Origin: Laetmonice hystrix
Lineage: Eukaryota
Reading direction: 5' to 3'
Length of the DNA stretch: 64,000 nucleotides
Assembly (NCBI GenBank): GCA_965235115.1
Contig: OZ249450.1
Location: forward strand, 4,464,001-4,528,000
Part shown: piece by piece, positions 11,296 to 23,420 of the stretch
How the letters are laid out: every line of letters starts with the position of its first letter
Numbering within the stretch: position 1 is the stretch's first letter
The notes under the pieces: model-generated
What the model was told of the DNA's origin: nothing
The model's input: only the letters and a program-made list of their open reading frames with translations
The model's database searches: none
Position numbers and translations under genes: made by a program

Positions 11296-13646
11296 ATATA
11301 GTATTGGATTATACTACTGGGACCCGTCTGTGATATAGTGTTGGGTTATACTACTGGGACCCGTCTGTGATATAGTATTGGGTTATACTACTGGGACCCG
11401 TCTGTGATATAGTATTGGGTTATACTACTGGGACCCAATGTGATATAGTATTGGGTGATACTACTGGGACCCGTCTGTGATATAGTATTGGGTTATACTA
11501 CTGGGACCCAATGTGATATAGTATTGGGTTATACTACTGGGCCCCGTCTGTGATATAGTATTGGGTTATACTACTGGGACCCGTCTGTGATATAGTATTG
11601 GGTTATACTACTGGGACCCGTCTGTGATATAGTATTGGGTTATACTACTGGGACCCGTCTGTGATATAGTATTGGGTGATACTACTGGGACCCGTCTGTG
11701 ATATAGTATTGGGTTATACTACTGGGACCCAATGTGATATAGTATTGGGTTATACTACTGGCACCCGTCTGTGATATAGTATTGGGTTATACTACTGGGA
11801 CCCGTCTGTGATATAGTATTGGGTTATACTACTGGGACCCGTCTGTGATATAGTATTGGGTTATACTACTGGGACCCAATGTGATATAGTATTGGGTTAT
11901 ACTACTGGCACCCGTCTGTGATATAGTATTGGGTTATACTACTGGGACCCGTCTGTGATATAGTATTGGGTTATACTACTGGGACCCAATGTGATATAGT
12001 ATTGGATTATACTACTGGGACCCGTCTGTGATATAGTATTGGGTTATACTACTGGGACCCGTCTGTGATATAGTATTGGGTTATACTACTGGGACCCGTC
12101 TGTGATATAGTATTGGGTTATACTACTGGGACCCAATGTGATATAGTATTGGGTTATACTACTGGCACCCGTCTGTGATATAGTATTGGGTGATACTACT
12201 GGGACCCGTCTGTGATATAGTATTGGGTTATACTACTGGGACCCGTCTGTGATATAGTATTGGGTTATACTACTGGGACCCAATGTGATATAGTATTGGA
12301 TTATACTACTGGGACCCGTCTGTGATATAGTATTGGGTTATACTACTGGGACCCAATGTGATATAGTATTGGGTTATACTACTGGGACCCGTCTGTGATA
12401 TAGTATTGGGTTATACTACTGGGACCCGTCTGTGATATAGTATTGGGTTATACTACTGGGACCCGTCTGTGATATAGTATTGGGTTATACTACTGGGACC
12501 CAATGTGATATAGTATTGGATTATACTACTGGGACCCAATGTGATATAGTATTGGATTATACTACTGGGACCCGTCTGTGATATAGTATTGGGTTATACT
12601 ACTGGGACCCGTCTGTGATATAGTATTGGGTTATACTACTGGGACCCGTCTGTGATATAGTATTGGGTTATACTACTGGGACCCGTCTGTGATATAGTAT
12701 TGGGTTATACTACTGGGACCCGTCTGTGATATAGTATTGGGTTATACTACTGGGACCCAATGTGATATAGTATTGGGTTATACTACTGGGACCCGTCTGT
12801 GATATAGTATTGGGTTATACTACTGGGACCCGTCTGTGATATAGTATTGGGTTATACTACTGGGACCCGTCTGTGATATAGTATTGGGTGATACTACTGG
12901 GACCCGTCTGTGATATAGTATTGGGTTATACTACTGGGACCTGTCTGTGATATAGTATTGGGTTATACTACTGGGACCCGTCTGTGATATAGTATTGGGT
13001 TATACTACTGGGACCCGTCTGTGATATAGTATTGGGTTATACTACTGGGACCTGTCTGTGATATAGTATTGGGTTATACTACTGGGACCCGTCTGTGATA
13101 TAGTATTGGGTTATACTACTGGGACCCGTCTGTGATATAGTATTGGGTGATACTACTGGGACCCGTCTGTGATATAGTATTGGGTTATACTACTGGGACC
13201 CGTCTGTGATATAGTATTGGGTTATACTACTAGGACCCAATGTGATATAGTATTGGGTTATACTACTGGGACCCGTCTGTGATATAGTATTGGGTTATAC
13301 TACTAGGACCCAATGTGATATAGTATTGGGTTATACTACTGGGACCTGTCTGTGATATAGTATTGGGTTATACTACTAGGACCCAATGTGATATAGTATT
13401 GGGTTATACTACTGGGACCCAATGTGATATAGTATTGGGTTATACTACTGGGACCCAATGTGATATAGTATTGGGTTATACTACTGGGACCCGTCTGTGA
13501 TATAGTATTGGGTTATACTACTGGGACCCGTCTGTGATATAGTATTGGGTTATACTACTGGGACCCGTCTGTGATATAGTATTGGGTTATACTACTGGGA
13601 CCCCAATGTGATATAGTATTGGGTTATACTACTGGGACCCAATGTG
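11296..13646. repeat. Minisatellite, interspersed 37/36-bp variants, x~64
   Basis: ATATAGTATTGGGTTATACTACTGGGACCC followed by GTCTGTG (37 bp) or AATGTG (36 bp); 2.35 kb, no ORFs. Confidence 0.98.
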
Positions 13647-14570
13647 TAGCAATGAACATTTTTTTCACCAGACCACATTTATTTCCTTCATACATGGTCC
13701 CTTCAGTGTTTAATGGACAAACAGACAAGCCCTCTGTCAGAATACCAATGAAACCTCCGACTTCACAGAAGCAATCTCCTCCCCACACGTGCCGAATAAA
13801 CCACAGGGTTGTCAACAGAGGCAGGTCTGTGGATTTAAAGGGAATACAGCAGGATGGTGCCTCAACCGCAAAATACTTTGGGGCCGGTTTTTCCTCTTGC
13901 TTATGCTTAAGCTTAACGCTCTGGTTGGCTGGTCATTCCGATTTGTCAAAATTTTAGTTCTTGCTTAACGCTTCTGATTGGCTGGTTTAAGCAGAGCTAA
14001 TCAAAAGCGTTAAAGTGCTACAGACATCACAATTAACATGAAATTTTGTACCAGATCCCGATAATACTTGTAATTTGTCGTTGTTCTGTAAAGGAACGGT
14101 TGTTGTACAACAACGTGAACTGTCTGTAATCCCTGATCAAAATGACCAATTCCCATGCACACGTCACTTCTGGTTTTCGGTCAAGAGCAGTCGGGAGTGA
14201 GACTGCGATGTGGCGCGTGATTCAAATTGTCAATATTTTTACAAATGTTACTTTTTGAGAGAATTTATCAGAAAAACCTATCCCGGGCCCGCTTATGTGA
14301 TGTCTGTGGCACTTTAAACTCAAGCTTATTCCAGACAAGAAGTACAACATGTAGATATTGCCTAAATATGTTTCAGTCGCCCTCCTTCAAGAAATCAAGA
14401 CCCAACCCGTGTGTATTATTTACATCATGCTCATACACTCCATTGTAAAATTCTTGAATTTGCAGTTGGTGGATACAGGGAAACATACGTGTAATTCTGT
14501 ATACATATGTATGATACATGCCCTAATTCTAATTAAATCAAATTCGAAGATAAAAAAGGTGGTTTATTGA

Positions 14571-14810
14571 ATTTATTTATTATCTGGGGTAATCTGGGAT
14601 GCTGATTGCCTGTAATAATGCTTCCTTGTAGTGAACACGGGCTCCCAGACGGACTTTACAGCCGATATTATCTAACAAGACATTCACTGTGCTATAACGT
14701 AGAAGATTGATTAAAAGATAGGAGTTGGAATCTTGGAAGGTATAGTTTAATGGAAGTGTTTTCCCACACGGTTTCAGAACGTACCCGCCAGTACTCACAC
14801 AGAGGCACAC
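14571..14810 (-). mobile_element. Possible LINE (CR1/L2-like) 3' end relic
   Basis: Minus strand ends in an AATAAATAAAT tail preceded by a degenerate stretch loosely resembling the RTN.Y..SFF..T C-terminus of CR1/L2 ORF2. Weak, matched by eye. Confidence 0.25.
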
Positions 14811-15544
14811 TAATCCTATTGTCCTCCGGTGGCCCCGGTACGCAGGAACGGAACATCGATTTCCCGGAAAGCGATGCGGTTTACGAAAAGCACCATCAAA
14901 AGCGAAGCGCCTTTTCTTCTAATTAAAACCAATCCTATTTTCCTAACTGTGGTTGAAACATTTTGAAGTCAGTTCTGTGTGCCTCAGTTTGCTGTTCCCA
15001 TAATATGAATGCAAATAGCGACAAATGAAATATAGCACCAGAAAAAAAACCCCAAAGTGTGGGTTTCAGTTCACTGCCGGCTGTTCCGGTAGACGGGACA
15101 ACCGAAATAAAACTGCTGACAGCGCGGTTTTGATTTCCGGGAAATCCCGACGGCGAGCAGGACCGATTCGTTGAACAATTAGATGAGCCATGCAAACTCA
15201 ATATGACGATCGCCCTCATCCAACAATCGGCTGGCCTATTGTATTACAAAGGAACACAGACCCAGCATGATGACTGCCTCTCTCAAACAGACGTTTTGTC
15301 TTGGTAATCTGATTAATTATACCACCTCAAATACATGTTGTTGTATTTGATATTTCTCCCATGACAGCTACTCCCATTGCTTTGTGGGGATGGTGGGTAA
15401 TAATGGGGCCAAACTGAACATTGCTAATTAACAAACGGCTAATGAGCACAATTAGAATGATGTAGTGTGCTATGCCAGCAGGGGAAGCTGCACGTGTGTA
15501 GTAGTATCACTCGGCTATACTCTCCCATAGTACAACATCCTGAC

Positions 15545-15790
15545 CGAATCGTGGAGTCGGGGTGGGCTTAGGGCGGGTTTAGGGATATCGAGTGAGTTTT
15601 TTTTTTTTTTTTTTTTTTGGGGGGGGGGGGGGGGGCGGTCGCCTAGGGGTTAAGGCGGGTTTAGGGTTAGAGACAAGGCAGGAATATCGAGTAATTTCGG
15701 AGGGGGAGGGGCTGTAGTCGGGGCGGGGTTGGAGTTTGTTTTGGGGTAAGGATTTTTAGTTCTTAACCCCAAATTTCGTTGAGATGTTCC
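15545..15790. repeat. GGGTTAG-rich dispersed element copy (unclassified)
   Basis: Degenerate TTAGGG-like G-rich arms (gggtttagggttag, ggggcggggttgg) with central T/G homopolymers. Similar composition at 18.6, 41.2, 55.2 and 58.2 kb. Confidence 0.35.
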
Positions 15791-16564
15791 GTGGTATCTG
15801 CCATATGGACATGTACACGTGCATGCGTACTTCCGAATTAACACCAGCTTACAGTTACAGACATAGTTTGAGAGGTTATTTTGTAAGTTGGCCTGGCGAC
15901 AGCACAGTTCCGACACAGACCCCGGCTCCGACCTAGGTGCTTCCGTTGATTGGGGCCAAGCGGGCCCAGGGGGGAAGGGGGTAATGACCTGTCTGCCCTA
16001 CAAGAACCCCCTCCAGGAAACCACTGATCTGTCGGCCAGGCACTTAGTGATTGTCATCTACAGACTGGGCATCGCTCAGGGTTGACGTTGACTTATCCCG
16101 CAGTATCCCAGGTCAAGCCTTGTGTCCAGGGGTCATTGGGGGCAGTGCTAATCCGAACAAAAGGGGGTGAAAGCGGGGCAGGTCAACGGGGTCACTTTTT
16201 TAGGCTAATCACAATGGGAATTGTAACGCAGGGCTAGTGTTGGCGGTTCCTGGATGCCGACTATCCTGGGACAATCAACAACGTCTCGTAGGGAATTCGG
16301 CGGACTACATGGACTTGACTTGAAAGGCCCCATAATATGTGGTATAACGTGCACGCTGCAAATTACTGATAACTGTTTGAGGTTTTGATGCTTTCATCCC
16401 CCCCCCTCTCCGCCAACCATTCCCAACCTGTCCGCGTTCGTCCTTGGAGTGGAGTTCAGTAGGCAGGTTCTAGGGTGTTCTGCCATGTACAGAATTCAAG
16501 CAGAACTGCTTATTACAAATGCTACCAATGTTTGTGACAGCATGAGGAGCTAGGGGCTTCATCT

Positions 16565-17295
16565 AGGATTTCAGGAAGGAACTCGGAGTCTATTTGACGG
16601 AATGAATGTGGGTGTAAATTAATAAGATTCGTTTATCTCATCATGCTGGTACAGCTGTTCTTATTGGTGATGACTTGGATTGTAATGTTACCAAAATGTG
16701 AAGTCGATGTATATGGTCGGTTTGTGCTCCTTGAACTAAACAATACTATTTATACTGTTAACATTTATACACCAACCAGAGATCATCAAAAGGACCAGAA
16801 TACATGGTTTGGCGCACCCGTAATTCGCAAATCAAAAGATATACCTAGCATAGGTATTCTATTATGTCCCGCCTCGACTATATTTTTATGTGACCATCTT
16901 GACAACATTGTCATACATACTGACATCTTACCTGGTCTGAGATCGGAATATAGTATTTCTTATATTATCATTGATAACTCAATACATAATTTGTCAAGAC
17001 TACTAAAATAACTCGTAACTCAAAAAGAGCTAGAACTTTCATGTCTTAACGACAAAGGTTTAGTATGGGAACTTGTTAAAATAGAAATTATGGCCCTTAC
17101 CATTAAATATGCTGCCAAAATAATTAAAGCCAGAAACAAAAGTTATAAAGAGTTGAAAAGTGAGCTTCAATAGCTTAGATGTTAGATGGAAGTGTCTGGG
17201 TAGAACCCTGATAGACAACTAAACCGTTCAGGCTGAGATTGAACAAATTGATAAACATAAAAGAATAAAAGCAGAAGTAGAAGCATAAAAATCCT
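16565..17295 (+). mobile_element. Decayed L1/Tx1-clade LINE ORF2, APE endonuclease domain plus following linker
   Basis: FQE..., SHHAGTAVLIG, DVYGRFVLLELNNTIYTVNIYTPT (cf. DxxGRxVI...VNIYAP), DILPGLRSEYS (cf. IxPGxRSDHS), then DKGLVWELVKIEI...IKYAAK (cf. WExxKxxIRxxxIxYS). Frameshifts and stops are present. Confidence 0.7.
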
Positions 17296-17541
17296 CAGCG
17301 ACGGTGGTGATGTCTAGAAACTGTATGAAAACGGAGATGTTGGCTAGACCCGCCATGAACCTGGCCTTATATACATACGTCAGCCTAAGCAGACAATACA
17401 AGATCCGACCGTCTCGGTCCTTCTGGTGCCTTCTGACGTCTCTCTCCTTCAACCTATCATCATGATTCTCCCAGGGGAAATACGTCCTGTACAGACAACA
17501 CAAGGTGGAGAGGTTGAATTATCTTCTTCTGGCTGCTGAGT

Positions 17542-17797
17542 GATCTTACAACCGCCCGGAACTCGCTCAGTTTGATCTTAGAACCGCCCGGAACTCGCTC
17601 AGTTTGATCTTACAACCGCCCGGAACTCGCTCAGTTTGATCTTAGAACCGCCCGGAACTCGCTCAGTTTGATCTTACAACCGCCCGGAACTCGCTCAGTT
17701 TGATCTTACAACCGCCCGGAACTCGCTCAGTTTGATCTTACAACCGCCCGGAACTCGCTCAGTTTGATCTTACAACCGCCCGGAACTCGCTCAGTTT
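17542..17797. repeat. Minisatellite, 32-bp unit x8 exactly
   Basis: Unit GATCTTACAACCGCCCGGAACTCGCTCAGTTT; 256 bp. Copies 2 and 4 carry a C>G change. Confidence 0.97.
17774..17797 (-). CDS. Candidate 24-nt microexon (KLSEFRAV or TERVPGG frame)
   Basis: tctggccacag|AAACTGAGCGAGTTCCGGGCGGTT|gtaaga. The exon plus 8 nt of donor equals exactly one array unit. Confidence 0.25.
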
Positions 17798-20250
17798 CTG
17801 TGGCCAGATACTATCGGTAATTATATAGCAGTACTTCGCCACATTTATTACTTTGGTAACATTTCTACCCCCCCCCCCCCCCCGACACGGATACAACTGA
17901 GACAATAATGGGAACGACAAAGTGCGCCGAGAGAAGTGCAGTTGTTGCCGCACGGAACATGGCTCTAAATGAGCAGGTAAGGCGATCCTTGCAGAGCCGA
18001 TTGAAGTCGTGAAGGCGTTAAAAGACGAGGTCGTATTAATATTACTCTAGGAACGGATGTGATTCGGTTAGATGTCATACGATCAGATCGAGTTGGTACG
18101 CAGTGATTGACTTGTCACCTGAGGTGATGGGATGTGTGCAATCCACACGGATTACTAGATTATCCGTGCAGCCTGGCAGATTATTGACCCCAGCTCGTAC
18201 CCGTCACACACCGTAGTCTTGCGGGTTCATTATTATGTTTTTCCTTTCTATGCATATTGAACGAGATCATGTAATGTCCATGACCTAAAATGGTATCATG
18301 GCAAATCGTTATAAACGACTTAAATTCCATGTTGTAAGTTTATTTGCGCGTTGCCTGGATGTTATTATCGACAAAAGACAACGCCTTCAGGTAAATAGGA
18401 TTTGACAATGTTGTCAGCGATATTTCATCCGTGCTTCATCAGAATGACAAAATAATTCCCAGATGCCAAGGTAATTATTGGATGTTTATCAGCGGGACCA
18501 TCGGATAACATTATTAACCTTGATAACATCTCGAAATTTGGTGTTAAGAAATAAAAATCGATTCCCAGCCCAAACCCCCCGCCATGGCCCCTAACTCCGG
18601 TCCCCAAACGTCCCACAAAGACATATCCCCACCCCATGGTAGTCCCATTTGGTGGAAAGGCTACCATGGATACTAGAGTCCATGAGTGTGACCACTGGGG
18701 GAATCTATTGACAGACACTAACCTGATTAGGACCGATCGCAACTCAGCCTCAGCATATCAGGAGGAGGGGGGAGGTTCAGGGTGACAATGGGTGGAGATA
18801 GCCATGATGGGAGCTGAGGGTTCATAGATCTGAGGCCTAAATATGAAAAAAGGCCGGACCTGGGCCACAACATGACCAAAGTCATGGCCTCCGAACTTTT
18901 GTAGGCACGGGTTGAACTGGAGTGAGCTGGCCGTGACGAGCCGTACTTGCAGGGCCCTATCCTGGGGGGGGGGGGGGGGGGGGTTACAGACACCCTGTAA
19001 CCCCCGCTTGGGTCCAGCCTTAAAAATAAATTATAGACTTTTTTTTAAATATCTACCCTTTATTGGAGCCACACAAAGGGTGCTGATGCGGTCGCAGGCT
19101 TTGTACCCCCCTCCCCCAGGCCACTTGGCAGGATACGGCCCTGGTACTTGCATGTGTGTCTTACATTGCTGGGTGTAGGCAGGACTATTCTTTGAGTGAC
19201 AAATGTAGGCTACTTCATGCCATCCCTTGAGAGGATAGGCTCTAACTCCAAACCGCCTCCGCCAACGTGTAGAAATGGGAAGAAAGATGACCCATTTCAT
19301 ACCCTTGTCGTTGTTGACACATACATGAAAGAGATTGGCCATGACTCAGTACGGTAAACTGTAACCAGAGGTCGAGGTATTTGTGTTTTTTTTGGTTTGT
19401 TTGTTTGTTTGTTTGCTGCCGATCCATTAAAGGATAAAGACGGCTGACCTGTAAAATGTGACCTCCCTTTGATGGCGATTTCAGGTCCGAACATGGTTAA
19501 CAAGTGCGCCATGCCAAGTTTGTCGTTGCGTTTAGTTGTAAAACGAAGCGCATTTCCTGCCCAGTGACCCTATAAAAGTCGGGTTGACTTAAAACGTGGC
19601 GATCGATTCCTGAATACGAAACGGCGAGCAGACCTCATCTGTCGATCTGTCATCTTCACACGAGGAGGCGGGAAAGTGTCAATAAAGCCTCGAGCTGTGA
19701 GGCAGTGGAGAGAATCTCTAATCAAATCTCACGTGTTTGCAATATTTGTCCGCATAAACACCCATCCACATGCTACCCAATCGACCCGTGAGGTACTCCT
19801 CGAGCAGGGTTGTTGATTGTATCGTTTGAACGTTGTCAAACGCTCTAACGGGAGTCTCAAATTACAGAGTGAACTGCGGTTGTTAGGGCAGAGAGGTCTG
19901 GGACGCCGTTTGTGACGTCACACGTCATCCACCATCATAATCTCCAGGGATACGTCCTGTGGCGATAAGATAAAGCACACAGATCAAGGCGTACTAGGCC
20001 AATACGTATTCATGTGACCACCGCGAGATAGGACGAGAAAATGGAGAAAAAGGTTGATGAAATCATTTGGAGTGACTTTAATCGTGAGATACTGGAATTG
20101 TATTATGGTATCGTCGTGTAAAGGGTTAATTGCCAGGGAAGGAAATGGCAAAAAGGGGTAACGTTAGCCGTGCGATGATACATATTTTCCTGCTTGCTGA
20201 GTCCTGATTACTTGTCTAGTTACCAATATATATTAATGTGGTTTTGAAAC

Positions 20251-20731
20251 CGTCCCCACTCCACTGAGCGGCTTCAGGACGGAAAGTGTGACTGTATCTG
20301 CCCATGTAGACAGACACCTACTGTATGATGAGTATAGAATAGATACGTCCCCAGTCCACTGATCGGCTTCAGGACGGAAAGTGTGACTGTATCTGTTCAT
20401 GTAGACAGACACCTGCTGTATGATGAGTATAGAATAGATACGTCCCCACTCCACTGATCGGCTTCAGGACGGAAAGTGTGACTGTATCTGTTCATGTAGA
20501 CAGACACCTGCTGTATGATGAGTATAGAATAGATACGTCCCCAGTCTACTGATCGGCTTCAGGACGGAAAGTGTGACTGTATCTGTTCATGTAGACAGAC
20601 ACCTGCTGTATGATGAGTATAGAATAGATACGTCCCCACTCCACTGATCGGCTTCAGGACGGAAAGTGTGACTGTATCTGTTCATGTAGACAGACACCTG
20701 CTGTATGATGAGTATAGAATAGATCCGTCCC
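20251..20731. repeat. Minisatellite, 95-bp unit x5
   Basis: GGAAAGTGTGACTGTATCTG recurs at 20281, 20376 and 20471, giving a period of 95. Confidence 0.95.
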
Positions 20732-21600
20732 ATAAATCAGGCACGTACGAGACAGCCACACTCATTAATAATTGACGATTGATCACTAAGGAGAAGCTGT
20801 AACGGTGACGGATGAATGAGATTTGTAGTTATCGTCGGGCGTGCAGAAACAGCCTGCAATAAATCCCCAATTCTATACACTACTGACCCAGGCCCAGCAC
20901 ACTCAGTGCGCGTGGACGCGCCACTATCACAAAGAAGTCGACATTTATTTTCATATCAAGCAATGGATAATGCAGTCGTTAAACTCTGCCAATGGGTCCT
21001 AGGTATTAGATTTGGATTATCGACATGGGTCGGGGAGTGTTGAGGTGAAGCGAAGTGTAGTGAGTCGAACTGACGCTTTCATAATGTCTGGGAGATAATG
21101 GCGGATTTAGTGAAGGGATTATATCTAAACGGCAGGGATTGCCGGCGGGATGGGGCGGGGTGAGATGGGGAGGGGGTGGTAAGAATGGGGGTTGGATCAG
21201 ATTTGGGGTTGGCATCTTATTGCGGCTGGCGGCGGTAGAAGATGGCAGTCACCCTCGGCTAGCAGCTTTGTGAGACGGCTCCCCATAAGGCTATAGGCGA
21301 CCGCCAGGCACGGCGCCGAGCTACGGCCTCGTTTAGCGTATAATATAGTGTTCCCTGGAGTCTGGGTCAGGTAAGACTCGTACAACGTGTCGTATTGTGT
21401 GACTTGTAGACCAGACCAGACAATAGATGTGAGGAGGTGGAGATGGGGGATTATTATATAGTTAACTGAGAATATTCCCTACTCTACCTGGCCGGCGTTT
21501 CATATTCCCAAGCCCCCAGTCTGATGTGATCTCTTTTCAAGGGTCAGTAATGACCGAGCCATATACGTCTCTCTGATTTTCCCCTCTGCCTCCTTCTTAC

Positions 21601-21940
21601 AAGACTGTAAGAAAGGCGCGGATAAATCTGTTAGATGAGTGGCTCTGATCTGGCCAAGTCGATCGTAACGAGCGCTTTGATGATGTGGAGGTACAGTCGG
21701 ACTCTGACCGTAGATCCTCAGACCGTGGGGAGGATGGAGGGAGGGGGGAGTTGATGGGGTGTAGATAACCAGCCACCCAGCCGTCGATCACGGGGATCAG
21801 AGGGTTAATCCCGCCGGACCCCCCCCCCCCCCACCACCACCACCACCACCACCGCCGCCACCGCCACCACCGCCACCACCACCGCCACCACCACACGCAG
21901 ACGTCTGTGCTATTCTATCGCCGCCACCGGCACGCTCAGA
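21601..21940 (-). CDS. Candidate exon with poly-Gly tract; needs +1 G in a 14-G homopolymer to stay in frame
   Basis: Acceptor tttcagtccgtcacag|, donor |gtaaga. Reads SERAGGGDRIAQTSAC-(G)n, then after a 1-nt shift SGGINPLIPVIDGWVAGYLHPINSPLPPSSPRSEDLRSESDCTSTSSKRSLRSTWPDQSHSSNRFIRAFLTV. Confidence 0.33.
21819..21893. repeat. C14 homopolymer plus (CCA/CCG)n trinucleotide repeat
   Basis: Read directly from the sequence. Confidence 0.95.
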
Positions 21941-22899
21941 CTGTGACGGACTGAAACGAGCTACTTGAATCGATGTCTTTTGGCTAACCTCTCGTACTCC
22001 CAAACATCTCTTGTACTCCCAATAGACGTTTGAGATGTGATTTATCGACGCCAGGGTCTGAACGAGACCCTGGTGTATAATATCAGGATTTTACAGGATC
22101 ATACTGTGCTGTATGTGAGAAAATTGCCTTGATTTATTTAGTTTTCTTACACGGCCGTCATTTATCCAGATATTACTTTCTAATGTTTGCCCCAAATACT
22201 TGGCAACGTTACCAAAGTTATCTATCCAGACACTATTTAGTATTTATTACTTTGTAAAAATCATATTTGTTTTTATGGCAGCCGAAATTTTTTTTTTAAA
22301 GTAGGGTTGTGTGAGTTGCCAGGAAATCGATCCAGTAAATGGATTTACAATATTTTTAAGCCGTCCCGTGTGAAACATTACATTGAGAGTGCTGTGGACT
22401 ATTATAGTGTGATTGAGTACGACCGTATGTATCGAAGATTTAGGAGACTTTTTAAACAGCGTTTCCAAATGCAGGATGCTTTAAATGATGCCAGCAGTGG
22501 CGTTAACAGATTGATACCTTTTCAGACTGGAGCCTGGTGTTATAAAGAAAGCTGTATCCCAACTGCTGTTGTTGGGAATGTGTAATGTCTTAGCTCTCCT
22601 TAGGTCTATAGATTCATGGCTAACGTTACATATAGGATCACTCTGGCTGGATTTGTAATTAGTACAAGTGTCGGATTATTCATGAACGTGAAAATATAAC
22701 ATGTCGATAAGTTTTCTTGGTCAACATAAAGTAGCATGGTATTTGTAGCAAGTCTCTCACAGTATGTCATGATGATGCCAGGCTTTGTGCCTCTGATTCT
22801 TTGATCATACTGTATCATAGGTCAGCTTCAGCAAAAAATTCCGACCACACCTTACGGGCTCGGTAAAAGTATCCATACTCTTATGTGACCTATTATTGT

Positions 22900-23420
22900 G
22901 TATTGGCTGACATATGACTGCATCTCCCTTCTCTCGCAAATATCGGTGGCCATCGCCATAGTCGTTGGGATATTGTATTGACATTTACACGACGAGACAC
23001 CATGGCACAGCTCAAGGTCACATCACAGACCTCTGAATGTATAAACGACATCTACTTGTTCCAATGAGTAATGTCGAGTATGTTTGGTTGAGCATGGCAC
23101 TGCTATCGATACTTACTTCCGTTCAAAACAGTATCATAAACATGCTGTTTCGGGCATGAAACCCTTCAACCACTTGGTTGATGAAGGACTTGAATTAAAA
23201 ATTGTCCATGATAATTGATTTCCAATTCTCGAATTGAAACATGTTTGTGCCTTTTGGACGACTGTATATCGCACAGAGAGTGGTTACAACAGTGGTACAG
23301 CGAGTGGTTTTGTCTCCTAAACTTGTTTTTTTTGCGCACACCAGACCCTTTCTGAAGGCCACGGGTTGTAAAGAACGAACGCCGATGACAGCTTCCAAGG
23401 GCTCAAATTCAACTGATTCG
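22900..23420 (-). mobile_element. Possible decayed CR1/L2-type endonuclease fragment
   Basis: ORF 23195-23398 contains LCAIYSRPK (cf. xxIYRPP) and SIIMDNFN (cf. IIxGDFN). A downstream HT...LEQVDVVYT loosely resembles PT....TLDLVFT. Confidence 0.3.
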
